From the NCBI GenBank assembly GCA_013239625.1, contig MU054187.1, positions 15,578,941 through 15,642,940 of the forward strand: a stretch of 64,000 bases of DNA, read 5' to 3'. This DNA comes from Lama guanicoe (taxonomy: Eukaryota). Of this stretch, positions 13,426-26,289 are shown in pieces (the stretch's first letter is position 1; the number at the start of each line of letters is the position of its first letter). The position numbers and the translations under genes are program-made. The notes beneath the pieces are model-generated. The model did not search any database. It worked only from the letters and a program-made list of their open reading frames with translations, and was not told the DNA's origin.

Positions 13426-13784
13426 TATAAATATCCAAAAGAGAAAAAGATTACCAAAATTTTCTCTTATCAGAATGAGAAATGTAATCATTCTCCAGGT
13501 CAAAAATCTGATCTTGTTAGTATTCATAATAAATGTGGCATTGTTTTAGACTAAAAAAGACATTAGACTTTCTTAAAAGAAGTGGAGTATAAAACAGTCT
13601 TTGCCACTGATGGTAGATACAACTTTGGGATAGTCATCTGGCTTCACCAGACTTGGATAGTTTCTCGACTGGAAAAGGAGAGAATTATTTAAACTAAATC
13701 CAAGATTTCTGGTTCTTATGTTAAGTACTATGAAGAAGATGCTTACCATGTGTTAAACAATTTATCAATTTATATTTTAATTTT

Positions 13785-14690
13785 TGTTCATTATCTGTAA
13801 GGGAGGTATTACTGCCACTTTACAGATGAGAAGCCAGAAGTTCAGAGGTTAAGTACAATAGCCCGCGTCTTATCCCCAGTTGCTCTGTTCAGGGTTTCAG
13901 TTACCTGCTGTCAACTGCAGTCCAAAAATTCCAGAAAAATTCATAAATTTTGAGTTGTGCACCATTCTGAGTAGCGTGATGAAATCTTGTGTTGTTCGTA
14001 GAGGTCCCATCTGGGACTTGAATCATTTCTGTGTTCTGTGTATCCTGCCTGTTCGCCACTTAGTGGCCATGTCCTTTCAGACAGACTGTTGAGGTATCAC
14101 TGTGCCTGTGTTTAAGTTACCCTTATTCCACTTCATAATGGCCCCAAAGTGTGAGAGCAGTGATGCAGGCAATTTGGATATGCCAAAGAGAGCCAAAGAT
14201 GTTTTCTTTAAAAAAAAAGGTGAAAGTTCCTGACTTAACAAGGAAAGAAAGAAAAATCGTATGCTGGGGTTGCTAAGATTTACAGTAAGAATGCATCTTC
14301 TATCTGTGAAATAATGAAGAAAGGAAAGGAAATCTCTGGTAGATTTGCTGTCACCATTCAAATTGCAAAAGTTATGGCCACAAGACATAATAAGTGCTTA
14401 GTTAAGATGGAAAAGCATTAAATTTGTACAGTAAGATATTTTGAGATAGAGATGACATTCATAACTTTTATTACAGTATTTGTTATAATTATTCTATTTT
14501 GTTATCAGTTATTATTGTTAATTTCTTACTGTGCCTAATTTATAAATTAAACTTTATCATAGGTTTCTGGCATCCACTGGGAGTCTTGAAGTGTATCCTC
14601 CCGTGAATGGTGGGGAACTTCTGTAATGTACTCACAGTCAGCTAGTTAGCTGTAGAATCAGGATTTGAACCTGCCTCTCAGTTTCAAGAA
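13785..14690 (-). mobile_element. MIR SINE split by MER44 insertion (halves about 13785-13855 and 14624-14690)
   Basis: ccactttacagatgagaa...agaggttaagta | ...cacagtcagctagttag...aggatttgaacc. Confidence 0.8.
13856..14623 (+). mobile_element. MER44/Tigger7-type DNA transposon
   Basis: Degenerate terminal inverted repeats (caatagccc...ttatcc / ...ggggaacttctg), TA at 13854-55 and 14624-25, and an internal transposase N-terminal remnant (ggtgaaagttcctgacttaacaaggaaag...). Confidence 0.88.
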
Positions 14691-15344
14691 CCCACTTTTC
14701 CTCTTATATGTTCCCATTATTTTTGACTATTTCTTGCCCATCTTTGAGCAGACACTGAATTAATTCTTGTAAAAGGAAGAAGAAACAAATGCATTTATTC
14801 CTCTTGTCTTTTCTGAAGAAACAATAAAAAATTCTCACAACACACAAAAGAAGGAAATCATCACTTAAGGGCTGTCTCAGAAAGGATGTAACAACGTTGC
14901 TGTAAAGATGCAAAAACTGCAGTAAAATCACTACCCAAGCCATGAGCACACTTATCTAAACCGATAGCAGCACATGTCCAGTTATTTTCAGATGCTATAT
15001 TATGTCTGCAGGTAATTGTTTTCTCCTTGTAACAATGGTGGGGGAGAAGGGAAATTGAATTTGCAATGACTGAGCGCTCCGTGTATGCACTGTGGAGATG
15101 ATGCAGAACTATGCCGGGAAGGAGGCAATAGTGAAGGGGAGTGGAGATGTTGTAACCTTCCCTGCCCTTCAGCTGCACACTGTTTCTGACAGAAGATGAA
15201 TGGATGACCTTGGATCTCCTTTGAGTTTTGCATCTAATTTAAATTAGAGAAAATTTCTGTAAATAGAATACTCACATAGTAAATTTTAATTGAGTAATTC
15301 CTTTGATTGAGATGCACATTCTTAGAGACTTCCTGGGTCTACCT

Positions 15345-15878
15345 GGGATCAGCCAGTTTTTGCTGTTGGGGTGCTGGACCCTTCCCTTTTCAAGGTCACC
15401 TGTCACCCAGTCAACCAGCCCCTGTCACCACTTCTAGACTAGAAGGAAACACTACACCAACCACCATAGATCATGAGCTCTGGCTTACAAAACACCTCCA
15501 AAGAAACCAATTACCTCAGCCTAGGAGAGAGGTGAGGGCGTTAACCCCCAATGGGTTGAATTTTGACCAATGGGAAAGCAGGAGGTAATGGAGACATGCA
15601 GATAAATTCCTCCTTTAACCTACCTCCCATGAATTTCTCTGAGGTAGTCTAGACCATCCAGAGAAGTCCTGCTTGCCAGACAGCACTATGATGCTTCACA
15701 GACATCATCAAACAGTAACCAGCACCGTAACGTGCGTCACCTGCCTTCACATCCTTCCTGGCCACCCTCCCGTTTGCCCTCGCTCTTGCTCTGCTGGTTT
15801 TGTACTCCCCACAATAAAGCAGCAGCCCTTGCGGTCCTTGCCTCTGATTCTGTTCCCTAGGTTACTTAGTATATGACA
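15345..15878 (+). mobile_element. LTR16-like ERVL solo LTR
   Basis: ttttgaccaatgggaaagcaggagg...gcagataaattcctcc; aataaagc...ccttgcctctgattctgttccctagg...tgaca. Confidence 0.7.
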
Positions 15879-17599
15879 ATAGATCTGCTGAACTATCGAG
15901 ATGATAGAGTAATTTGAGCTGTGGGAACCAGAAGACTAAGGAAAATCACAATAAGTAACCTGGGTCTCTCAGCTGGATGTGTGAAGTTGAAGGAGAGATG
16001 GAAACTAGCCTTTAAGATACTCATGGTATGCTGGACACAGCATCTCATTTAATCATATTATCCTCCTTGTAACAATAAGGAAACAAAAACTCGGACAGAT
16101 CTTGTGGCTTGTTCAGGCCACAGCTTTTATAGAAGAGTGCCTGGACTCAGAACTAGGTTTTTTTGTTTTGTTTTGTTTTTTTCTCCAAACTGGTAAACTG
16201 TCTCTAATTAACATATAGAGGAGTCTAGAGAAGACATATTTGTATATGCAGGCACACTAATTAAAATTTCAGCACAGTAATTCAGATGTAAACAGCTACA
16301 CTGGGAGCTCTTCATGAGGAACAATAGGAGATACATAATAAAATAAAATAAATAAAATTAAGTAAAACATTGAAATCATTCTGTCATTGAGTTCCTTCTA
16401 AGTTGCATCAAATAAAATAATCTCCTTTAGGAAAAGAGTGCAAACTCAAAAATATATATACGTAACTGGTGTATGGAAAAAAAATCACTTCGATAAAAAA
16501 GAAAGAAAAATCCAAAGGCCCATTGTACTGTTGGCATATTGTCAGCAGATATTTCTAAATCCGAACGCCAGAACTGAATGTTCGTGCGACTTAAGGGAAA
16601 TGCCCCGAGGCAGTTGGCCTGGGCCTGGACCACCGCTCAGGCCTCTCCACTGGCACCGAGCAGTCAGTGCTGAAATGGTCCACCCAGTTGAAGGCGTTTA
16701 CAGGAAAGCCAAGACTGAAGGTGAAGGGAAATGAGAGGGAGGAAATGAAATGGCTGTTTTATTCAAATAGGCTGCGGACAAATCTTCAGCTCTGGAAAAA
16801 TGCACTGTGTATTCCAGGTGAATGGCTTAGGTTAACTGATTCCAGGTGTTCTCAAGGATAACTGATTCATTCAGCAGACATTTTTAAGTGCCTACTGTGT
16901 GAAAAGCAGTGCTATAAAAAAGAACATGGGAACAGTCTTCACTCATTTCTGGAATTCTTCCCAATTTCAAATCTTCCGTCTTTATTTTATTTTCGTAACA
17001 TTTACAAAATCAGAATTTTCTCCAGTGCAGTTGTTGGTTAAGAATCTGAGAGGTGAACATGTAATCTTTCTGTTTACCATCTGCACTTTACCTCAGAGGT
17101 TTTCTCCCCTTGTTCCTCAGTAATTTTGAACTATATGTACTGTTATTGTTTGTGGACAAGTCTGTATGTTTAAAATACTTTTGGTTTTACTGTTTTCTAC
17201 AGAGAATTTTCCAGATTTTACCCAGAGACTTGTAAGATAAAAGCACATTACAATTACTAAAAGCAAATTTCATCTCAATGCCTTGTTTCCTGAAGGAGAA
17301 GATCCCACAGTCTGCAAAAAAATCAAACCATAGAACCTAGCATTATGTTTTATTCTCAATCCTTTGTGACTACAGGAAAATAAGTAATACAACTGAAGTG
17401 GAATATGCTTAAAGTTGAAACAACTAAAGATATTTTGTTATTACTACTGGTTTGTTGCTTAAACATATTGTACTAAAAGAAAATTCTTCCATCAGAAGGC
17501 ATTTAACTTTCAAAACTCCAGTTTCACTTTAGTGTGTTGGAAGTGAAACATAGTGTATTAACTTCATAATTGTAATATGTATGATATAGGTTTCTGGCA

Positions 17600-18061
17600 A
17601 AAATTCTTTTACCGGAGTTTAGTCAAGCACCTGAAACTTCTCCTAGGCACATCTGTGCACTTGCTTATAAGATCCAGGTTTAACAAGAACCCTGCTAAAT
17701 CAGTTTAGTAAGAACCCTCCACCCTTGCTATCTCAGCACCTCTGATATCTGATTGGGTTTCTCACTCTCCCATCATCCTCCTGGTGATGTCTGATCACCT
17801 GGCCTGTCTTCTGGGAAAGCCAGAATCTTACACCTGATGTTTCCTCTTAGTAATTTTCCATTCTCTGACCCCCTACTCTGATTCTTGGCTATAGATTCCC
17901 AGTTGTCCGTGTGGTATTCAGAGTTGAGCTCAAACTCTCTGCTCCACTGCAAAATCCCTTTGTAGTGGTCCATGTACCTGTCACAAAACAGTCTCTCCCC
18001 CCTTTAAATTCTTCCTTATCAGGCTTTAACAAATGTCACTGAATATTTTTTTTCTTTGACA
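17600..18061 (+). mobile_element. ERV1-class solo LTR (MER39/MER34-like)
   Basis: ttctcctaggcacatctgtgcac...aagaaccctgctaaatcagtttag; ends tttaacaaatgtcactgaatatttttttttctttgaca. Confidence 0.72.
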
Positions 18062-19689
18062 TCTCTCAAGTTCATGATTTAAACATGTAAAATAGGTTGG
18101 GTAAAAAAATTGAACTCATATCAATATACAAATATGCAGGAAATTCATGTAATATTTTTTATTTAGTCTCTAGGTAATTGCATGTTCTTCCCCACAATTC
18201 CACTCACTCCATTCACTTAGCAGGGAAAAAAAAATTGAACTCATATCAATATACCAAAAAAACCAATCTAATCTAAACCCCACTGTGACATGATCATTAA
18301 AATAATCCTGGGAAGGATTCATTCTCCTCCATGAAGTGATCAGCCCCTCAGCGCATTGACGTGCACTGGAAGAAGCCTGAAATATGGCCCCTTTGTAGGG
18401 ACCCCAACAAGAAGCCAGGACAGGCGCTTTATTTTCACTATGTCCTTCATCTTCTCTAGCACAAGATTTCTGTGTGTCAAAATCTCGGGTAGAGCAGGAA
18501 GGGCACCCTCTTTCCTCCCTCACTTCTCTGTCTTGCCATTCTTAGGAGCAGGAATGCAGGTGGAATTTTCTTTCTCTTCCTTTCTGTCATGCCCTCGTAA
18601 CTCTTTTGGAGCTAGCCCAGTTAATCAAGGACAAAAGATGCGTCCTCTCCACCCTGCGGGGCAGCTTTAGGGGTAGATTCCTGCTGGTTTTCCTACTAAT
18701 AATCTAAATGAGGGAAGGGGAAAAAGGAGCCATAAGAAATTTCTTTCTAGGCTTGCTACAGAATTTCTATTTTGTATTTCTTTGTATTCTTGCTACAGAA
18801 TTCTATTTTGCATATCAAAAGCTGAATGTTAACTTCATTCTTTCCGTAGCAAACTATCCCTCTCCTCCATTTCCACTCACCCCTCCGGAGTAGATGGACA
18901 AACACCTCTGACTTGCCAGGATGAAGGTTATTTCAAAGGAAAAAGAAACAGACACTAATGTTTTTCAGAATATCTTCTTGCAGTGAAACGCGTGGGAACG
19001 CAACCATTCCCTCAGTGTGAGGGAGTCTACACGTGGTATCTTCAAACCACTTTACTCTTCATGTGCTATTTCTACCTATAAGCCCTATAACATTTTTTGA
19101 CTTTTTATTAATTTTTTCCTTCTATAATTCACCATTCCTTCTTTTGTATAATTTCACCATTTGAAGCAAAATTTGTCCATGGGCTTATTGATGCTGTTTT
19201 GGGAATATTAATTTCTCTTTACCATTTAGTTTAACCAGTTTGTGTTTAAGTATTTTGCTTCTCATTGTTGCGGTCTGTTTGATTCTTGCAAAGCAAAAAT
19301 AAAGGGGGCTGAAAATAAGACGTTGTGTGATGGAAACATAGATCCTCTTTGACTCATCCACTCAAACTTCCTTAAAAAGGGATCAGAAGCCCTTCACCCT
19401 GTGGGGGCACCTCACCCATCCTGCAGGCTGCTCTGCTTCCAGTAACAGGGACTTCTGCTTTTGAATGTGCTGCTTCGAAGACTCATGCCACACAGTCTCC
19501 CTACCTCTAAAAGTAGACCCACTATTCACAGTTTTTGAAAACACTTAGCTCTCCTCTCTGCCAATCCAAAATGAAGTCTCAAGACCTAGCCTATAAATTC
19601 ATTATCTTAACAAAGTAGGGTTTACAAAGACTAGGCTTACCTTTCCCTTTGGCTTATGTAAAGTGTTTTATAACAGTCACAATAAGAAC

Positions 19690-19878
19690 AAACATGTATA
19701 TAGTACTACTTTGAACCAGGCATTGAACTCAGTTCTTAACATATTAATTCATTTAATCCTTAACTTATAACAATCCCCAAAGGTAGGTACTAAAAATTTC
19801 CAGAACATACAGATGAGGAAACTGAGACAAGGTATGAATTAAATTTAATTCACTTACCCAAAGTCATACAGCTAGTCT
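19690..19878 (-). mobile_element. MIR SINE
   Basis: tcatttaatcctt...acagatgaggaaactgagaca...ttacccaaagtcatacagctagt. Confidence 0.85.
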
Positions 19879-20654
19879 AAGATGACTCTTGTGGATTTTA
19901 TAACCAGAATATACCTCAGATTGTAGAAGATCTATGAACCCCATGAAATTCCATGAAATATTTGGTTAAATATTCAAATATTTGTCTAGGGGGAGAAACC
20001 CCATCTTTACATCAGATTTTAAAAGTAATCTGTGTTCAAAAAAAAAGGTTTCAAGCTATGCACAAGAGTATGCAGTGTTGGTCTCTGCTTATCTAAAACT
20101 GTACTTTTTCAGAATACTTCACAGTGTTCATTAAGAATCCAATAAATATTTTAGTTTTGGCAGAGCATTTGTCTTAACTGAGGAGAAGCATTTGAGCTGA
20201 TAATAAGAAAGTGAGCAAATTAACCAAGTAGAAGTCAATGAAATCACAGTCCATTCATTAATCGTCCCTACTAAATTACAATAATAAGCAGAATCTAGAA
20301 ATGTATATACGTATAGTAGTATTTATCACAGTATATCAAAATTGTATTTCTCAAAGGACATAGCACAACAAAAAAATGTACTGTTAGATCAACGTTAATA
20401 TTTTTAGCCAGCATATCATAGCAGTGGGTTTACTGAAATCTAAGATTCCTTGTTAAAATTGAAGATTTTTCTATAATTCCTATTGAATACATATGGTAAT
20501 ACTAAATGTGTATTGTTTTGAATTATAAAATGTATTTAAGTCTCTGATGTGGGGATATTTTAGCTCCTTTAAAAAATATTTATTTGGCCTTATATTGGCA
20601 TGTTAGCAAAAATAATTTAGGCACTTGAGGTCTTAAAAGCTGTAATTATGCCAC

Positions 20655-20716
20655 AGACACAAACATACACACACACACACAGAGGCATGCATGGACACAC
20701 ACATTCACACACAAAC
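20655..20716. repeat. Imperfect (CA)n microsatellite
   Basis: Directly visible. Confidence 0.85.
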
Positions 20717-22039
20717 ATCTGTTACTCTTAAAAAAGCATATTTAATAACATCTTCTCTAGAATTTTCTTATTTATATATGCATCAAAATGTGAACTCAAA
20801 AACTACACTCTTAACAAGATCACTTGAATTCTTTTCAAGTTGCCTGGATGGGTCATAAATATTCAAACTTAGCATTCTGTATTGGCATAACTTTCTTCAA
20901 TAGAGTAGACAAGAATAATATTCATTTATTTTAGAAATGCTTAGATTTGATAACTAGACTGGTCAAGAAGACCTAGAAATATGAAATGAGTCATTTAAAA
21001 CAACAGTGGCCCAGGTGTGACGTCTCTGGAGGACAAGATTACAGTCTTGAGATGGCAATGAGAATGGTTTATGTTCACAATTTTTCATGATATTGCAGGC
21101 TTGTCATGAAAATAAATTGCCTATAGTCCTCTGCCATTTTCCATTCTTGTCTCATCATGATAATAAGGCATCAGGTTTTTAACATTCAATATATTCTGAA
21201 ATGCAATTTCATATAAAGATGTGTAGGGTACTAAAACACTTGCTACCTATGTTTCTTTGTAGATTTCACTTACATTCATATTTCTGAAGGTACTGCCTGC
21301 TCTGCCTAGTAATATCTGAAAATTAAACCATGGTTCTGAAATATTTGGATGGCTCCTTGGAAATACGATAGTAACCTCTAATCTCATTTTAATCTCTTAG
21401 AGGTGAAATTTTTTTCTAAATTCAGAAAAGCTCAAAAGTTTATCCAGTAGCCACAGGCAATTCAAGAAGTAGAATGGGAGAAGGCAGTATATTGTCATGC
21501 TGTTTTTTCAAAGGAACATAAATGTTTTTTGCTTGGTTATGTCACTTGCTGTCTTCTCACTTCCTAAACTACTTCCATATGCTAAGCCCATGGTTGGTTA
21601 CCAGGACCGGATCCTGATAATGTAAGATAATTTTCCAGTCAGCCTGAGCCAGACTGTATCTCAAAAGTGCTGAAATTTATCACCCTGTTAAAAAGAATAC
21701 AGTTGAAATAGAGAATACTGCTATTTTTTATACAAGAATAAGGAGCAATATGTTCAACATTTAAGAACCATCATAAAGATATAAAAGATGGATCTACTTT
21801 TCAATTTGAGATGTGGTTATATATTTTGGAGCTAAAGAACTATCAAAAACTGAATAAAAATTGGGAAAATTATGGCTATTTTAAAAACTTTTTGAAATTA
21901 TAAATTGGATAGATGATACATGTAAGGATAAAACAATTTTACAAAGTTGGATAAGAGTAAAATACACTATAATTTCTCTGTTATCAGCCTTCTCAGAGTG
22001 TAATTATTTAGCTAGCTAATCTTATTTATGCTATTTCAT

Positions 22040-22152
22040 TAGCTTCATGAGAACAGAAACCCTATGTGTACCTCATGGCTACATCTCCAGACTCTGGCAC
22101 TGTGTTCAGCATGTGGTGGACACTCAATGAATGTTTGCTAAATTAGTGAGTA
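22040..22152 (+). mobile_element. L2 3' terminal fragment
   Basis: agcttcatgagaacagaaacc...cactcaatgaatgtttgc. Confidence 0.7.
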
Positions 22153-23898
22153 TTTATCTCTAATTTCCAAAAGAAAACTGAGTGGAGAATACAGAAATAT
22201 TGATAGATTCTAAAACTAATAATAACACCAACACTATTGTGCCAAAAGTAGTAAGGCAATTAAAGAAAAAAATGAGTATTCTGACAATATTAGAAATAAA
22301 TATAAAAAGTAGAAAATCTTAAAGCACCACTTGGGACCCCTGCATAGTTTCCCAACCCTATTTTTATTTTAAAAAACTGTTTTAATTAAGTGGCTCTATC
22401 TTCATTCGAAATTTCCTTTCTTGCTCCTTTTTCTTTGCACATATTGTCCTAATGGTAGTAAACTGACTTCACCCCATGTCAGCCATGATTGATATGGACT
22501 GAATTGACGATTGCAAAGACCACTGAGTGAAGAATGCTAGACTCTGTTTAGCAACATCTGCAATGGGGAAAGCTGTTAGTTGGGGCAATTTTACACAATA
22601 TATTTGCTGATGTCCTGTAATCTTTGTCTGCAAACATTCTCCCCTTTTTATACCTATCCAAATGCCACCAAATCTTCAAGATCTAGGTCACATCTCTTCT
22701 ATAGTAGTTTTCACAACCATTAATCCTAAATGTCCACACCCTACTATAAACCTGTATGGTATATATTTGCCTGATTTTGTTGTGGATGTTGTCTTTGTGT
22801 ACCTGAATGTCTTTTGTGAACAATGAGCTTGTAATCTCTTTAAGAACAAAGACTTCATTTTTTCCTGATTTTCCTAAATTATTTAGAATACTACACATGT
22901 AAAATCTCACTGCATTCTAATTGAAAGATGGATTTTTGTGTGTAGCGTTAATCAAGGAGCTTTTCATGTTGGTACACTGATCTTTCTCTCCTTTGAAATA
23001 ATCACTGGTGAATTTTTAAATGAATGTGTAAATTAATAAATTTTACATATTACTGTAGTTTCTACTATAAATGTGTTTTATTCTGCAAAACTAGTGTCAA
23101 GTTAAAACTTTCAGAATTAAAATTTGTCATGAAATCTCATCTGCATCTTAATTCTTTTATTATATTTTTCATTGGCATTATTGGAAGAACTTTTCCCAAT
23201 TTGTATTTTTTTAAAATGACATATTTAAATTACATTATAAAACAAAACTCTGGTATGTTTAGAATAATCCTTTACTTTGCAAAAATTTTTCCTTATTCCA
23301 AAGTTTGCTATAGATAGAACCAAGTCCCTTTTTATAATTACAAAAGTAGTTCTTAATGGAATGTTACCCTTAGTATACTAAATGCAAAATTAACTCTCAA
23401 GTAATTAGAATACAATACACGTACTTAAACTTTTTTATTTTTAATCTTTCTTAAAATTAATCTAATTTTAAGGTTTGGGATTAAGATATCCTTCGATGTA
23501 TAAATCATCTTTGACCTGACAACCTCAGACTTATCCTTAAACTTAGTTTAAGCTTTGGCCTCTTCTGGGATGTCTTGTATCATCAGCCAGATCCTTGTCC
23601 CCAGCAGGAGGATGAAGCCTTTCCTCTCCATGTCCCCACAGCATATTCTAGTTCCTCTAGTTACTTCTGTTAGAGACTTTAATCACCCACATTGTACTTG
23701 TTTATTTATGTGCCTCTCCATCACAAGTTTTAACTCTTTTGGAAAGCAATTCTTTCTTCTTGCTCTTTATATCTATAGTCCCTAATACTGAATAAATACT
23801 GAATAGAATAAATAAATGAACAGAAAATTGATTCACTAGGTACTAGTAAAACTTAAAATGCATAATGATTGAGGAAAAGCCTAGAGTTAACAAATCCA

Positions 23899-24318
23899 GA
23901 CTCATTTATGTGTGGAATTTAAGCAACAACAAACAAGCCAACCAACCAACCCAAGGTCAGAACTCATAGGAAGAGAGAACAGATTGGTGGTTGCTAAAGG
24001 CAAGGGGTAGGGGGTGGGTGTAAAGGATGAAGGGGGTTAAAAGGTACAAACTTCTAGTTATAAAATAAGTAAGTCCTGGAAATGTAAGGCACAGCATGGT
24101 GACTATAGTTAGTAATACTGTATTGTGTATTTGAAAGTTGCTAAGAGAGTACCACAAGAATAAAATAATTTGTAGCTATGTGTGGTGATGGATGTTAACT
24201 AAACTTACTGTGATGACCATTTTGCAATATATGCAAATATCAAATCATTATGCTGTAACCTGAAACTAACATAATGTTGCATGTCAATTATGTCTCAAAA
24301 AAAGAACAAAAAAAAGAA
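23899..24318 (+). mobile_element. L1 3' end (L1MA9-like) with A-rich tail
   Basis: aaaaggtacaaacttctagttataaaataagtaagtc...cctgaaactaacataatgttgcatgtcaattatgtctcaaaaaaa. Confidence 0.9.
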
Positions 24319-25242
24319 CTTATAGAGATTTTAAAAACTGTTGAATTAAAGAATAAGGAATATATTCCCTTATATTAAAGCTCTCTAAGACAGTAGGGAG
24401 TTTTCTGAGCTTTTAAATCTATTTACAGACATTGTTTCCGTCATTCTTGTGGGAGCTCTTGTGTCTAGTTTTACCATTACTTTCCTCTATCCTTCACCCA
24501 GCTCCCTTTCCAAGTTTTGTTTCTAAGAGACAAGATAAGTGGCTTTATTAAAATTTTGTGCAAATTAGTAATGAATAGGTTCATATATTTCCAGTAAGTA
24601 AATTTTATAAACATTTGGCTATTAATTCGACTTTCAGAGATCTTTTTCTTTTTTTCACTTTTTTATTATTTGGTTTCCAGATAGTTGAACTTGTCTGGTA
24701 AATTTCATGTCTGAAAGTGACATGTATACAATTAAGGTATGTGATTACCTGCAACACTATCTGGTACAAGTTCCACAGTTCACTTAATTCCAGAAAGGAG
24801 AACAGCTATGAAGTCTGCAGAGTGAGGAAAATCATTCAGAGACAGCGGTTGTTACGTTTCTACTATGTCTTCTTTAGGTACTACTGGGTACTGGGGAGAG
24901 CCTGAAATGTGTACGTAACTAAAAGACACCTGTGCCGCACAAAAGCAGGTAAAAGGCATTCACGAACTGAATGTATAAAGACACAGATTCAGGGGAAATA
25001 ACAACTTGATGAACTCAAGAGACGGCAAGGAATTTGGTTTGACTAGAATAGAGGTTGCCTGAAGGGAGAGACAATAGGGCAAAGAGGAGGTAATAGAGGT
25101 AAGATGGGCCAAGATGGCTAAGAACATGGAGTACTCTGCTTGGATTGTGGATGTTACTCTTTAGAGCAGTTGTTTCTAAATTTCTAAAAGCAGGTGTGTT
25201 ACAAAATCACCAGCTGAGCTTGTTAAAAAGTGCACCTGTAAT

Positions 25243-26030
25243 GTGGGTGTGACATCAGCAAGACAGTGGTACAGGAATTTCTAGTGCTGGCCCCTCCCAG
25301 AAACATCAGTCTGAATACGTATCCATTCAGGATAATACCTTCACAGGAGCTCAGCATTCCTCATGAGGGATTACAGCTCCGGGGTAGAACACAGAAATAA
25401 GAAAAGATGCACTGAAGATGGTAGGAAAGACAGTTTCACATAATCTCTATTGTTCAGACCACAAGCCTAGGGGGCCCAACCCAGGGACACTCTCCTTTCC
25501 TCACGGGGGAAGAAGAGTGAAGTGAGTACCCAACTTCACTGCAGACCCCAGCACCAGGCCCGCACCACATCAGGCTTGCTCCTATGGACCTAAGCTCCTG
25601 GCTGATGCCAGCACCAGGCCCATCCCCATGGTTTAGGCTCCAAGTGGTTACCATGAACCCAGAATCCCACCCTGCCTCAGCACCAGGATGGCCCCCCATG
25701 GCCGCAGAACCCAGGCCAGTTCCTGAGACCTAGAATACAGACCAGCTCCTGTAGACCCAGGCTCCCAGCCCACCACCGCAGTGCCAGGCCATCCCCTTCG
25801 GAACTCATCTGTAGGCTGGCTCTTGCAAATGCATGATGGTCCCAGGCTGCCCCAGGAGCCTCAGTCCTCAGGCAAGCTCCTGTTGACGCAGCTACCTGGC
25901 CCACCCCAGCACCAGGAAGGCCTCCTTGGCCTCAGGCTCTAGGTAGGCTCTTGTGGACTCAGGCTGTAGCCCTACATAGTTCCAGGCTGACTCCCATAGC
26001 CCCAGTCTCCAGGCCAGGCCCCATGGACCT
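25243..26030 (+). mobile_element. Isolated old L1 5' UTR (GC-rich, internally repetitive)
   Basis: gtgacatcagcaagacagtgg...ataataccttcacaggagct opening typical of L1M 5' ends; repeated ccagcaccagg / ccaggcc...cctgtagacccagg units. Confidence 0.65.
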
Positions 26031-26289
26031 TACTATGAATATGTTAAAAGACAGAAAAATCACAGTTTTACATTAAAAAATAACTGTTCTTTTGCAGGGA
26101 TATTATAATCTTTCTTCTGATGTTCCACAATTTACCGATACTGAGAGCAGACATCAGAGAAAACAAGTACTATTTATTTCTTTCCTTTATTCATTCATTT
26201 ATTTAATCAGCTGCAATTTATTGAGGAGCTTCTATATGCAAGACATTTTACTAAGTGCAGGTATTCAGTGTGAGCAAAACTGATACATT

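Noticed and set aside
25520..26030. CRISPR-like or novel repeat array (ccagcaccagg units)
   Set aside because: Degenerate, irregularly spaced units within an L1 5' UTR in a mammalian genome; no repeat-spacer regularity.
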